DNA from: an uncultured delta proteobacterium
GTDB taxonomy: Bacteria; Myxococcota_A; Polyangia; Polyangiales; Polyangiaceae
DNA length: 64,000 nucleotides
Direction of reading: 5' to 3'
NCBI GenBank assembly: GCA_963841435.1
Contig: CAWJCS010000004.1
Span: 704,001 to 768,000, forward strand
Under the pieces are notes generated by a model, which was given only the letters and a program-made list of their open reading frames with translations, did not search any database and had not been told where the DNA came from. Shown here one piece after another: positions 50,667-60,492 of the stretch. A program made the position numbers and the translations under genes. Numbering within the stretch: the first letter of the stretch is position 1; each line of letters opens with the position of its first letter.

Positions 50667-51191
50667 GTGTCCCGCCTGACCGTCGTCACCGGTGACATCA
50701 CCGAGCTCGCCGTCGATGCGATCGTCAACGCTGCGAACGAGCGGATGTTGGGCGGCGGCGGTGTGGACGGCGCCATCCACCGAGCCGCGGGCCCCGAGCT
50801 CCTCGCAGCATGCCGTGCCGTTCCCGAGCTCCGGCCCGGAGTCCGTTGCCCGACGGGCGAAGCACGCCTCACGCCGGCCTTCGCGCTCAGGGCGCGCTTC
50901 GTCATCCACACCGTCGGCCCCGTGTGGCGAGGCGGTGCTAGCGGCGAGCCGGAAGCGCTCGCTGCCGCCTATCGTGCCTCGCTCGCCCTCGGTCGAGATC
51001 ACGGCGCGCGAACGATCGGTTTTCCGGCGATCAGCACCGGTGTGTACGGCTATCCGCTAGACCAGGCCGCAGACCTAGCGGTTCGCACCATCCGGGCGTT
51101 CCAGGCGCTCGAGCCGATGCCGGAGCGCGTTTTGCTCGTTGCCTTCACGAGCGCGGACGCGGCGATGCTCGCCAGGCACCTTTGCGGGTGA
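50667..51191 (+). CDS. Macro-domain O-acetyl-ADP-ribose deacetylase (YmdB-like)
   Basis: GDIT, IVNAAN, GGGGVDGAIHRAAG, HTVGP, AISTGVYGYP. Confidence 0.93.
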   Translation: MSRLTVVTGDITELAVDAIVNAANERMLGGGGVDGAIHRAAGPELLAACRAVPELRPGVRCPTGEARLTPAFALRARFVIHTVGPVWRGGASGEPEALAAAYRASLALGRDHGARTIGFPAISTGVYGYPLDQAADLAVRTIRAFQALEPMPERVLLVAFTSADAAMLARHLCG

Positions 51192-51309
51192 GCCGCGACC
51201 GGGGCAGGGGAGCCGCGCCTGGGCGGCCCTCGCGCGCTCCGGCGCGTGGCCGCGCGCGCTGCTGCGGGAGCCGCTGCCGATCCGGCCGAGAGCGGCTAGA
51301 GTCGTCGGC

Positions 51310-51693
51310 GTGCCCAGGTACGAAGGGTCGTGTCACTGCGGGCGCGTGCGCTTCCGGGTGGAGGCGAGCCTCGACGCGGTGGCGGAATGCAACTGCTCGA
51401 TGTGCGAGAAAAAGGGCTTCTTGCACCTCATCGTCGCGACCGGCGCTTTCGAGCTCGTGGCGGGTGCCGACGAGCTCACGTCGTATCGCTTCAACACCGG
51501 CGTCGCGGAGCACCGCTTCTGCCGTCACTGTGGCGTGCACCCTTTCTACACGCCGCGCTCCGATCCCGACAAAGTGGACGTGAATGCGCGCTGCCTCGAA
51601 GGCGTCGACGTGACGAGCCTCGAGCGTCGTGCCTTCGACGGCAAGAACTGGGAGCAAGCCATCCGCTCCGCCCCCTTTCAGACGCCCCGCTGA
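51310..51693 (+). CDS. GFA/CENP-V family Zn-binding protein
   Basis: GSCHCG, CNCSMC, FCRHCG, RSDP, VNARCL. Confidence 0.92.
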   Translation: MPRYEGSCHCGRVRFRVEASLDAVAECNCSMCEKKGFLHLIVATGAFELVAGADELTSYRFNTGVAEHRFCRHCGVHPFYTPRSDPDKVDVNARCLEGVDVTSLERRAFDGKNWEQAIRSAPFQTPR

Positions 51694-51735
51694 GCGGCGG
51701 AGCCAACGATCGATCGTGAACGACGGCGGCTCGCC

Positions 51736-52800
51736 TCAGTTGGCGCCCGCCAGCGAGATCACCGCGCAGCGCCCCGCGTTGCAGACGGCTTCGAGAGCGG
51801 GCGGGTACTGAGGGACGCAGGCGGGGCAACCGACGGGGTCGCTGCCGCACACGAGCGCGCCGAGCCCACCCTCGGGGTTCACGGCGACGACCTTGCGCGC
51901 ATCGGCGCTGCACCCCTCGCAGCAACCGAGTCCGTCGCGCAGCGTGCAATCCTCGTTCGTCGTGCACTCCGTCACCGACGACTCGCGCGCGTCGAAGAGC
52001 TCGCAGAAGCCGGCCTGACAGGTCGCACCGAACCAGGCGCTGTCGTCCGGGTCGGGCGGATCGCAAATGGGGCAGGCGATCCCGCCGCAGCCCGCGCGCA
52101 GGGGGTAATTCGCTGCGGCGTCATGATTCACGGCGACGAGCGGATCCGGCTGGCGGAGCGCGCAGTCACCGCAGCAGCCCCGCGTGATGACGACGCAATC
52201 GGACGACGAGGTGCACGCGGCGGCGTGGAAATCGCCCGACAGACCGCAACCGTCGTAGCACCGCTCCATGCTTTCGAAGTTGTTCGCGTTGCCTTCGCAG
52301 CCGCCGTAAGAAAACGGCACGCAGACGCCGAGTTTCTGGTCGAAGGCGTAGCGGGAGAGCGCGCCGTCGCATGGCCCGGTGTCGGCGGGCAGCGCGCAAG
52401 GGTCACCGTTGTCTCCGCCGGCGCCCGCGGCGCCGCTCGCATTGCCCGCGCCGCCGCCACCTGCCGGCCCCGTGCCGCCCAACGAGCCCGCAGTGCCGCC
52501 CTCCGTTGCGTCGCCGCCCGTCGGTCCGTCGCCGCCCGACGAGCCCCCGCCGCCGCCGCTGCCCCCGACGGTGCTGCCCGCGAACGACCCCGCGCTACCG
52601 GCCGTGCCGCCGCGGCCGCTGCTTGCGCCCGTGCCGCCGTTCGCTCCACGACCCGCCGCCGCGCCGCTGCCCGCCTGGGCGCCCTCGCCGCCCGTGCCGG
52701 CGTTGCAATCCGCGCAGCTCGACTCGGAGCGGCCCGCGCACCCCGCAAACGAAGCCGCGGCGAGCGCGATGCCGAAAAGCGCACCACCGACGCCTCGCAT
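51736..52800 (-). CDS. Lipoprotein with Gly-rich linker, BPTI/Kunitz domain and Cys-rich repeats
   Basis: CALPADTGPC...RY.F...C..F.YGGC.GNANNF....C...C. Confidence 0.88.
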   Translation of the reverse strand: MRGVGGALFGIALAAASFAGCAGRSESSCADCNAGTGGEGAQAGSGAAAGRGANGGTGASSGRGGTAGSAGSFAGSTVGGSGGGGGSSGGDGPTGGDATEGGTAGSLGGTGPAGGGGAGNASGAAGAGGDNGDPCALPADTGPCDGALSRYAFDQKLGVCVPFSYGGCEGNANNFESMERCYDGCGLSGDFHAAACTSSSDCVVITRGCCGDCALRQPDPLVAVNHDAAANYPLRAGCGGIACPICDPPDPDDSAWFGATCQAGFCELFDARESSVTECTTNEDCTLRDGLGCCEGCSADARKVVAVNPEGGLGALVCGSDPVGCPACVPQYPPALEAVCNAGRCAVISLAGAN

Positions 52801-52850
52801 CATTCGAGATTATCGCACGGTGCGAGTCCCGAGCAAGGGGCCCGTGCGGG

Positions 52851-53741
52851 TCAGCGCTTTTCGAAGCTGTACATGAACGGATCCACCTCGACCGTCGCGC
52901 CTTCGGGAAACTCGAGCGCGAGGACGTAAAGGTTCTTGCCCACGACGTGGATCGTCCCAAGCTTCTGCACTTTGTCCGGGCAGACCACCTTGTACTGGAT
53001 CGACGTGTGGCCTTCCTTTTCGATGATGGCGTGGAGCTTCATCTTGTCGGCGCAGCGGCCGAAGAGCTCGCGCGAGCGCTTGAGGAAATAGCGATTGTCG
53101 ATCTTCGTGGCCGGTGGCGCGGGGCGCAGTGTCACCTCGTACGCTGCGCCGTTCGGCGCCGACACCGACCATTTCTTCACGTCGCCGTCGCTGCTCGCCG
53201 TGACGCCTTTGGGCATCACCGCCGAGAACCCGGCTTGCTTGGCCTCGAAGCGCGCCCAGCCGTCCGGCATCGTCTGCTTTTTCACCTCGACGGGAGCGAC
53301 GCCCGTGGCGGCGCACACGCCGACCGCTTTGAACTCCTTGGCACAGTTGAGCGGGACGACGTTCGAGCAGAACAAGAAGTCCTTGTCGGTGCGAGCACAC
53401 TCGAGGGCTTTGCGCGTCACGCCGTCGCAGGCCTCGGGCGAGTCCTCGTAGTTTTTACACGTGACCCGGCACGTCGCGAGCTGGTCCTTCGTGCACTTCG
53501 GCGCGACGGCGTCGCACATCTTGTTGCACAGAGACAAGAGCGACTCGGGGGGCGGCGCGGAGGGCGTCTCATCGCTGGCTTCGGGCTCGGGGCTCGCGGG
53601 AGCCTCGAGCTCGCTCGCTCTGGGCTCCGGGGAAGCGTCGGTGCCGCCCGTTTGGGGCGTTTCGGGCGGCTCGTCCACGGGAGCCTTCGGGCTCGCGCAG
53701 GCGCAAGCCAAAAGGACGAGCAGGACGGCGCGGCGTGCCAT
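52851..53741 (-). CDS. Hypothetical Cys-rich lipoprotein
   Basis: Lipobox LACAC, Pro/Glu linker, helical Cys repeats. Confidence 0.72.
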   Translation of the reverse strand: MARRAVLLVLLACACASPKAPVDEPPETPQTGGTDASPEPRASELEAPASPEPEASDETPSAPPPESLLSLCNKMCDAVAPKCTKDQLATCRVTCKNYEDSPEACDGVTRKALECARTDKDFLFCSNVVPLNCAKEFKAVGVCAATGVAPVEVKKQTMPDGWARFEAKQAGFSAVMPKGVTASSDGDVKKWSVSAPNGAAYEVTLRPAPPATKIDNRYFLKRSRELFGRCADKMKLHAIIEKEGHTSIQYKVVCPDKVQKLGTIHVVGKNLYVLALEFPEGATVEVDPFMYSFEKR

Positions 53742-53765
53742 GGGCGGCGAGCCTAGCAGGGTCGG

Positions 53766-55097
53766 TCAGGCCTTGACTAGGTCGGGCCACGCGTCGCGAA
53801 ACACGCCCCGCGTGTTGACCACCAGCCGGGCGTGTCTGCGCACGAACGAGAAGTTGACGGCGCGGTGGTGGGTGACGACCACCACGGCGTCGGCTGCCGC
53901 GAGGCGCTCCTCGGTGAGCGGCTCGGAGGCAAGCTCCGGCAGCTCCGGGAACGCCCGCGCGCGCGGCAGCTTCTCGACGTGGGGATCGTGATACGCGACG
54001 GTGGCGCCGCGCTCCAGGAGGCGCCGCAAGAGCTCGAACGCTGGGCTTTCGCGCGTGTCGTCGATGTTGGGCTTGTACGAAACACCGAGCACGAGCACGC
54101 GCGCGCCCGGGAGCCGCCCGCCACGCTCGCTGAGCGCGCGTTCGAGCTTGTTGACGACGAACGACGGCATGCTGACGTTGATCTCTCCGGCAAGCTCGAT
54201 GAAACGCGTCGGTGCTCCGACCGCCTGCGCCGCGAACGCGAGGTAGAAGGGATCCACCGGGACGCAGTGTCCGCCCCAGCCTGGCCCGGGATCGAAACGG
54301 TCGTAGCCGAAGGGCTTCGTGGCCGCCGCGTCGAGCACCTCCCACACGTCGATGCCCATGCGGTCGAAGATCAACTTGAGCTCGTTGACGAGCGCGATGT
54401 TCACGGCACGATAGACGTTCTCCGAGAGCTTGGTGGCCTCCGCAACGCGCGCCGACGAGACGCGCACGGTGCGCTCGAACACCTCGGCGTAGAGTGCTTC
54501 GGCCACGTCGCCCGAGAGTGGATCGACACCGGCGACGACCTTGGGGATCGTGTGCGTCGGGAAGCGCGTGTTCCCGGGGTCCTCGCGTTCCGGCGAAAAT
54601 CCGAGGAAGAAGTCGCGGCCCGAAGCGAGGCCGGAGCGCTCGAGCAGCTCCTTGACGAGGCCGTCGGTCGTGCCGGGGTAGGTCGTCGACTCGAGCACCA
54701 CGAGCTGGCCGCGGCGCAATCTCTTGCCGATGGCCTCGGCCGTGCTGCGAACGGCACCGAGATCGGGCTCGCGCCGCCGTGTGACGGGGGTCGGGACGGC
54801 GATCAGGATCGCGTCGGCCTCGGTCAGTCGCTCGAGGTCCTCGGTCGGGAGGAAGCGTCGCGAAGCGAGCGCGTCGACGAGGCGCGCCTTTTCGAGATAC
54901 GAAAGCGTCGGCTCACCGCGCCGGAGGCGTTCGAGCTTCTCGCCGTCGATGTCGAGCCCGATCACGCGAAAGCCATGCTCGACGAAGGTGAGGGCGACGG
55001 GCAGCCCGACGTGCCCGAGCCCGATCACGGCGACGCTCGCGTCACGCGAGCGAAAGCGCGCGACCAGCTCCCGGGCCGTGCTCGACGCTTCGGACAC
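53766..55097 (-). CDS. Nucleotide-sugar dehydrogenase (UDP-GlcNAc 6-dehydrogenase/WbpA-like)
   Basis: GLGHVGLP, VPTP, ESTTYPGTT, SPEREDPG, GGHC.P.DP, YK..IDD.RESP. Confidence 0.92.
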   Translation of the reverse strand: MSEASSTARELVARFRSRDASVAVIGLGHVGLPVALTFVEHGFRVIGLDIDGEKLERLRRGEPTLSYLEKARLVDALASRRFLPTEDLERLTEADAILIAVPTPVTRRREPDLGAVRSTAEAIGKRLRRGQLVVLESTTYPGTTDGLVKELLERSGLASGRDFFLGFSPEREDPGNTRFPTHTIPKVVAGVDPLSGDVAEALYAEVFERTVRVSSARVAEATKLSENVYRAVNIALVNELKLIFDRMGIDVWEVLDAAATKPFGYDRFDPGPGWGGHCVPVDPFYLAFAAQAVGAPTRFIELAGEINVSMPSFVVNKLERALSERGGRLPGARVLVLGVSYKPNIDDTRESPAFELLRRLLERGATVAYHDPHVEKLPRARAFPELPELASEPLTEERLAAADAVVVVTHHRAVNFSFVRRHARLVVNTRGVFRDAWPDLVKA

Positions 55098-55103
55098 GGG
55101 CGC

Positions 55104-55886
55104 CTATTCCCTCGACCCGCTCGTTCCCGCGGCCCGGACGAGCGTCGCGAGCAGCGGCTCGGGGTCGTCGACGCGCATCAAGGCCTCCCCGAGCAGTGCG
55201 GCGTGGGCCTTACCGCGCGCCACCTCGGCGACCGCCTCGGGCGTTGCGAGCCCCGAGAGGTGGACGCCCGTGATGCGGCTCGGGAGCGCGTTCAGGGTGC
55301 GTGCCGCGCGAGCCGGGGCCATCTCGAGCGTGTCGAGGTCGCGGGCGTTCACGCCGACGAGCGTCGCACCGGCGTCGAGCGCGAGCGTGGCTTCCCGCTC
55401 GTCCACGATTTCGACGAAGGGCTCGAGGCCGCGCTCGCGCGCCGCACCGACGAGCTCGGGGAGGCGAGCGGCCGAGAGGATGCGAACGATCAAGAGCACG
55501 GCGTCCGCGCCGACCGCGCGCGCCGCGTCGAGCTGCACCTCGTCGATGACGAACTCCTTGCAGAGGATTGGCAGCGCACACGCTGCGCGCGCCTCGCCGA
55601 TGTGCTCGAACGCCCCGTCGAAGAACGGCCCGTCCGCGAGCACGCTCACCATCGTCGCGCCCGCCCGCTCGTACGCCCTTGCCCGCTCCGCCACGCCGAG
55701 CGCCACGGACAGCGCTCCGGCCGAGGGCGAGCGGCGCTTGATTTCGGCGATGAGCCGCAAGGGCTCGCCCTCGCCGCGCTCGAGCCCGAGCGGGCGCGGT
55801 GCGGGCCCCGGCGCGAGGGGCCGCGAGCGTAGCTTTCGCACCTCCTCGACCTTTTGCGCGAGGATGCGCGCGAGGACGCCGCTCAC
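55104..55886 (-). CDS. trpC: Indole-3-glycerol phosphate synthase
   Basis: IAEIKRRSPSAG, SVL, L.KEF, GADAVLLI, GVNARDL, GEALMR. Confidence 0.92.
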   Translation of the reverse strand: MSGVLARILAQKVEEVRKLRSRPLAPGPAPRPLGLERGEGEPLRLIAEIKRRSPSAGALSVALGVAERARAYERAGATMVSVLADGPFFDGAFEHIGEARAACALPILCKEFVIDEVQLDAARAVGADAVLLIVRILSAARLPELVGAARERGLEPFVEIVDEREATLALDAGATLVGVNARDLDTLEMAPARAARTLNALPSRITGVHLSGLATPEAVAEVARGKAHAALLGEALMRVDDPEPLLATLVRAAGTSGSRE

Positions 55887-56930
55887 GTGCTTTTCGGAGC
55901 GCGCTGGGCGAGGGCCGCGTTCCGCCAGGTTTCGAGCAGCCGTAGCGCGGCGCCGTTCTCGAGGACCTCGCGGGCCGCGTGGGCGGCAGCCTTCGGCTCG
56001 AGCCCCCGCGCGACGACGAGCGCGGCCGCACCATTGAGCACGAACGCGTCGCGTGACGGATGAGGCTCGCCGGCGAGCACCTTGCGGAGCACGTCCGCGT
56101 TCTCCTTCGGGTCGCCCCCCACGACGGCGCCCGCGGGGCTCTTCGAGAGCCCGAAGTCTTCCGGAGCCACTTCGAACTCGCGTAGCGTGCCGTCGTCGAG
56201 CTCCGTGACGCGCGTCGTCGCGTGGGGGCTGAGCTCGTCCATGCCGTCGCTGCTGCGGATGACCCACGCGCGGCGGGTTCCGAGGTCGCGCAGGGCGCCC
56301 GCGAGCACGGGGCGCATCGAGTCGTCGTAGGCGCCGAGCAGCTGGTGGGTGGCCAACGCCGGATTCGAGAGCGGCCCAATGGCGTTGAACAGCGTGCGGA
56401 TGCCGAGCTCGCGCCGGATCGGCATGGCGTGCTTCATCGCGGGGTGGTGCGCCTGGGCGAACAGGAAGGCGATGCCCGCCTCGCGCAACACCGCGGCCTG
56501 GCTTTTTGCGGGCACGTCGAGCGGCACGCCGAGCGCCTCGAGCACGTCGGCGCTGCCCGAGCGGCTCGTGGCGGCGCGGTTGCCATGCTTGGCCACGGGC
56601 ACGCCTGCCGCGGCCGCGATCAGCGCCGCGCCGGTCGAACAGGTTCAACGTTCCCGAGCCGTCGCCACCCGTGCCGCACGTGTCGAGCACGACATCGTGC
56701 TCGTGCGGCACGCGGATCATCACGGCGCGCATCGCGGCCGCGGCCTGGGCGAGCACCTCGGCGCGGTCGCCATGGAGGCGCAGGCAGGCAAGCAGGGCGC
56801 CAATCTGCGATGGAGCCCAGGCACCGGCGAAGATCGCGTCGAAGACGCGCCGTACCGTCGGGCCGCGCAGGCCTCCCGGAGCGGTCAGCTCCTCGAAGAC
56901 CATCGCGAAGGGGATCGGATCGTCGGTCAT
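55883..56930 (-). pseudogene. trpD: Anthranilate phosphoribosyltransferase with a +1 frameshift near 56638
   Basis: DTCGTGGDG..T.NL, one extra T, then STGAA...KHGNR...SGSADVLE, HPAM, GMDE. Confidence 0.88.
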
Positions 56931-57499
56931 AGCGAGCTCAGCCAGTTCTGCATGAGGGTCATGCCGTGCTCGGTGAGCACGGACTCGGGGTGAAACTGCA
57001 CTCCCTCGACGGGTTGCTCCTTGTGCCGGAGGCCCATAATCTCGCCCTCGGCCGTGCGAGCCGTGACCGTCAGGCAGGCCGGCAGGGTCGCCTCCTCGAC
57101 GATCAACGAATGATAGCGTGTGGCTTCGAACGGGGTCGGGAGCCCGCGATAGATGCGCGCGCCGTCGTGCTCGATGGGTGACGTCTTGCCGTGCATCAAG
57201 CGCGGGGCACGCATCACGACGCCGCCGTACGCCTGGCCGATCGACTGGTGTCCGAGGCAGACCCCGAGGATCGGCAAACTTGGTGGGTGCTTCTCGATGA
57301 GCTCGAGCGTGATGCCCGCGTCGTTGGGCGTCCCGGGGCCGGGCGACAAGAGGACGCCATCGGGGCGGCTCTCGAGCACCTCGCTCGCCGTCGTGCGATC
57401 GTTCAGCCGTACGTCGCACTCGGCGCCGAGCGCGAGCAGGTACTGCACCAGATTGTAGGTGAAGGAGTCGTAGTTATCGACGACCACGACGCGCTTCAT
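56927..57499 (-). CDS. trpG: Anthranilate/aminodeoxychorismate synthase glutamine amidotransferase
   Basis: DNYDSFTYNL, SPGPG, GVCLGHQ, HGK, RYHSL, QFHPES. Confidence 0.92.
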   Translation of the reverse strand: MKRVVVVDNYDSFTYNLVQYLLALGAECDVRLNDRTTASEVLESRPDGVLLSPGPGTPNDAGITLELIEKHPPSLPILGVCLGHQSIGQAYGGVVMRAPRLMHGKTSPIEHDGARIYRGLPTPFEATRYHSLIVEEATLPACLTVTARTAEGEIMGLRHKEQPVEGVQFHPESVLTEHGMTLMQNWLSSL

Positions 57500-57705
57500 G
57501 ACGAGGCGGAGCGTTGCATCGAAAAAAAACCCGGTCAATGCGCGGGGGGCGGCCGAGCCCATCGCGAACGCGCGGCCAGCGCGGATCCGGCTCCCGAAGC
57601 GCGGCCCGGGAGCCCTTCAGGAACCGAAAACCGCCCTGACCGAGGCCGACCGGGCGAGCCGTGGTAAAATAAGGTGCGTACGCTTTTCGCAACGGAGGGA
57701 CTGTC

Positions 57706-58290
57706 ATGCTTCAACGCGCTAGGGCTTGGGTCGGTTTCCGTGCGGGCCTCCTGGGTGTCGCTCTCGCCAGCTCCCTCGCCGGCGGCTGCAAAGGTGGGGA
57801 CGACGAGGACGACTCCGCGTGCGCGCTGCCGTCGAACGCGCGCGGGAGCACGGCCTGCCAGCGCTGGCAGACGACATACTGCTCGTTTTTGGATCGCTGC
57901 GGCGGCGGCGGCGACCAGTGCACGTGCATCGATCAGGCGAGCGGCGTCAGGTGCTCGTCGGATTCGCAGGCGTCGAGCTGCGCCGACGCCCTTGCGTCGG
58001 TGGGCTGCAACTCCCCGCCGAGTGGCTGTGACCTCGGCGACGTGGCTGATCCCGTCCCGGCCCAGCAGGGATGCCAGTCGTTCCTCGGCGCCGTGTGCGA
58101 CCACGACGCCGCGTGCGTCGGGACGCCCGTCGACCAGTGCCTCGCCGACGCGAGCACGCAGATCGATTGCAGTCAGGCCATCGCCATCAAGCCGAAGCTC
58201 GATCAGTGCCTGGTCAACGTCGGGGCGCTGTCCTGCTCCGCGAGCGAGCTTCCGCCGACGTGCGACGCGGCGGTGGTGCTGCTGCGCTGA
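57706..58290 (+). CDS. Cys-rich lipoprotein
   Basis: Lipobox LAGGC; GGAGG SD; two internal Cys-pattern repeats. Confidence 0.75.
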   Translation: MLQRARAWVGFRAGLLGVALASSLAGGCKGGDDEDDSACALPSNARGSTACQRWQTTYCSFLDRCGGGGDQCTCIDQASGVRCSSDSQASSCADALASVGCNSPPSGCDLGDVADPVPAQQGCQSFLGAVCDHDAACVGTPVDQCLADASTQIDCSQAIAIKPKLDQCLVNVGALSCSASELPPTCDAAVVLLR

Positions 58291-58312
58291 GCAGCCGAGC
58301 CGTGAGAGACGC

Positions 58313-59171
58313 TCACCTCGCCGGGCCGGCGAGGAAGCGCTCGATGCGCGCGTTGACGAGTGCGGGGAACTCGACGGGCACGTAATGCGTCGCCCTCGGC
58401 ACGACGAACAGCTCCGCGCTCTTCAGTCGCCCCGCGAGCTCGGCGGCAACGCGCGGGGAAAACAGCGGATCGCGGGCGCCCGTCACGACGAGCGTCCGCG
58501 CCGTCACGCGGGCGAGCGCCACGGACGCGTCGTGACGATGCAGCTCGCCGAGCGTGCGCAAATAGGTGTCGAGATCGATGCTCTCGAAGTCGCGCGCGAG
58601 CGCGAGCAGCTCGTCGGTGCCGAGCGCCGGGCTGACGAGGTGGAGTCGCCGCACGAGCTCGGCGGCACGGCGCGAGCGCGACAAGCGCCGCACGATCCGC
58701 TCCCCGATGCGATGGTGAGGGCGCATCCGCTCGAGCAGGCCCGGCAGGAAGGCGCCCGCGCCGGGCAACCTCAGGCGCGCGAGCGGCTGGCGGTACGTGC
58801 CGTTGATCAGCACGAGCTTTTGCGCCCGCTCGGGGCTCCGCGCGCAGAGCTCGAGCACGACCTGGACCCCCATGCTCCAGCCCACGGAAAATCGCCTTCT
58901 CGACCCTCGCAGCGTCGAGCAGATCTTCGAGGTCGTCGGCTTGCGCCGCCACGTCCACCCTCGAAGGGGGAGCGTGTCCGCGCGAGCCGTAAAGTCCGCG
59001 GTAGTCCCACGAGAGCAGTCGGTGACGGGTCTCGAAGTGCGCGACCTGGTGGTGAAAGGCGCTCACCGGACCGCCGAGCCCGTTCGCGAGCACGATGGTG
59101 TCGCCCTCGGTTCCGCCCCGGTACGCCGAGAGGGGCGCCCCATCCCGGCGGGTTAGCAGGAACCGTTGCAT
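58313..59171 (-). pseudogene. Alpha/beta hydrolase split by a +1 frameshift near 58886
   Basis: NGLGG, WDYRG.Y.S in the 5' frame; GWSMG, D, TH...EFP in the 3' frame. Confidence 0.82.
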
Positions 59172-59304
59172 CCCTGCCCATTCTAGCGGGGGCGGACGGG
59201 GGCGGGGCGATTCGAGCTTGCCTAGAATGGGGGCCTACCGCTACTGTCCCGGGCCCGCTGGGTCCGACCGGGCCCGCCGTTCGGCCTCTCACCGCGAAAA
59301 ACCG

Positions 59305-60423
59305 ATGTCGGACAACAAGCCAAAAATCGATCTCAAGGCTAGGCTCGGCAAAAAGACCGTGAGCACCCCTGCCGCGGCCTCCGTGCCCCCCCCCATGGGC
59401 ATCCCCCGGCCACCGGCCGCGGCGCCGGTGCCGCAACGCTCACCCTCCGGGGTCCCGGCCCCCCCGTTCGGCCAACCCCAGGGGGCGCCGCGGGTGGACC
59501 CGACCAACCCCTACGCGTCGGTGTCGGCCCAGGCCGCGCCGTCGCGCCCAGCTGCCATCCGCGTCGAGATGGGCGAAGAGGTGAGGGAGGCCCAGCGGCG
59601 CGGCAGGAGCCGCGTGCTCGTGCTCGCCCTCGTCACGGCCATCGTGGGCGGCGTCATCGGCTTCGCGTTTGGCGGTGGCGCCGAGCGCGCCAAAGGGGCG
59701 GACGCTGCGGTCGCGGGCGCCAAGGAGCTTCTGAAGCTAGTCAACGACTCCAACAAGCAGATCACCGAGCTCGCCGACGTGATCAAGTCGGCACGCGGTA
59801 AGCTGCTCCAGAAGGGCGAGTACCCGCAGGACGAGGTGACCAAGCTTGCCGCGATCAACATCGCGTTCAAGCCGGCTGATCTCGCCGACAAGGGCATCGG
59901 CCGCTTCAAGCGCGACACGATGGCGATGCTGGTCGATTTTACCGCCGCTGCCGAGGCGATGAACGATCAGAAGGAGTCCCTGCACCTCTTCCTCGCGAGC
60001 CAGCGCCTCAAGGATTTCGTCGCCGAGCAAAAGGCGCCGAAGGTCGCGTGGGTCGGCTACATGGGCGGGGGTCCGGGCGGCCCGTGGATTTCGCTCGAGC
60101 CGCTGCAGACGCAGTTTCCGGCGGCCGCCGACAAGACCAAGTGGCCCGACGACATCGAGGTCAGCGACGGCAAGTCGAAGACCAAGATCAAGCGCTACAA
60201 CTCCGGTGACCCCGCCGGCAACGAGCCGCCCTTCATTCCCATCAATCCGCAGACCCAGGGCGCGGTCTGCCCGTCCGACATCGTCGGCTCCTTAATCTCG
60301 CAGATGATCAAAATGGAGAACGTGCTGCGCGGCGACCCGACCCCGGGCGTCGACAAGACCGGTCTCATCGAGAAGGGCCAGAAGCTCGTGGAGCAGCTGA
60401 AGAAGATCGGCAGGGACGCCTAG
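59305..60423 (+). CDS. Hypothetical single-pass membrane protein, Pro-rich N-terminus
   Basis: Strong GC3 codon bias, one TM segment. Confidence 0.7.
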   Translation: MSDNKPKIDLKARLGKKTVSTPAAASVPPPMGIPRPPAAAPVPQRSPSGVPAPPFGQPQGAPRVDPTNPYASVSAQAAPSRPAAIRVEMGEEVREAQRRGRSRVLVLALVTAIVGGVIGFAFGGGAERAKGADAAVAGAKELLKLVNDSNKQITELADVIKSARGKLLQKGEYPQDEVTKLAAINIAFKPADLADKGIGRFKRDTMAMLVDFTAAAEAMNDQKESLHLFLASQRLKDFVAEQKAPKVAWVGYMGGGPGGPWISLEPLQTQFPAAADKTKWPDDIEVSDGKSKTKIKRYNSGDPAGNEPPFIPINPQTQGAVCPSDIVGSLISQMIKMENVLRGDPTPGVDKTGLIEKGQKLVEQLKKIGRDA

Positions 60424-60492
60424 TCCGGCAGGGCCTCGCCGCTCGGACGAGGCCCCCACTTCTTCGCTCGGCGCGCCCGTCGCGTCGGCTCT

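Noticed and set aside
55104-57419. 771-aa ORF as a TrpD-TrpC fusion
   Set aside because: An artefact of the trpD frameshift; trpC has its own GTG overlapping the trpD stop.
57500-57705. T-run upstream of trpG as a trp attenuator
   Set aside because: No leader peptide with tandem Trp and no clear hairpin; the T-run looks like the spacer after a TTGACC -35 box.
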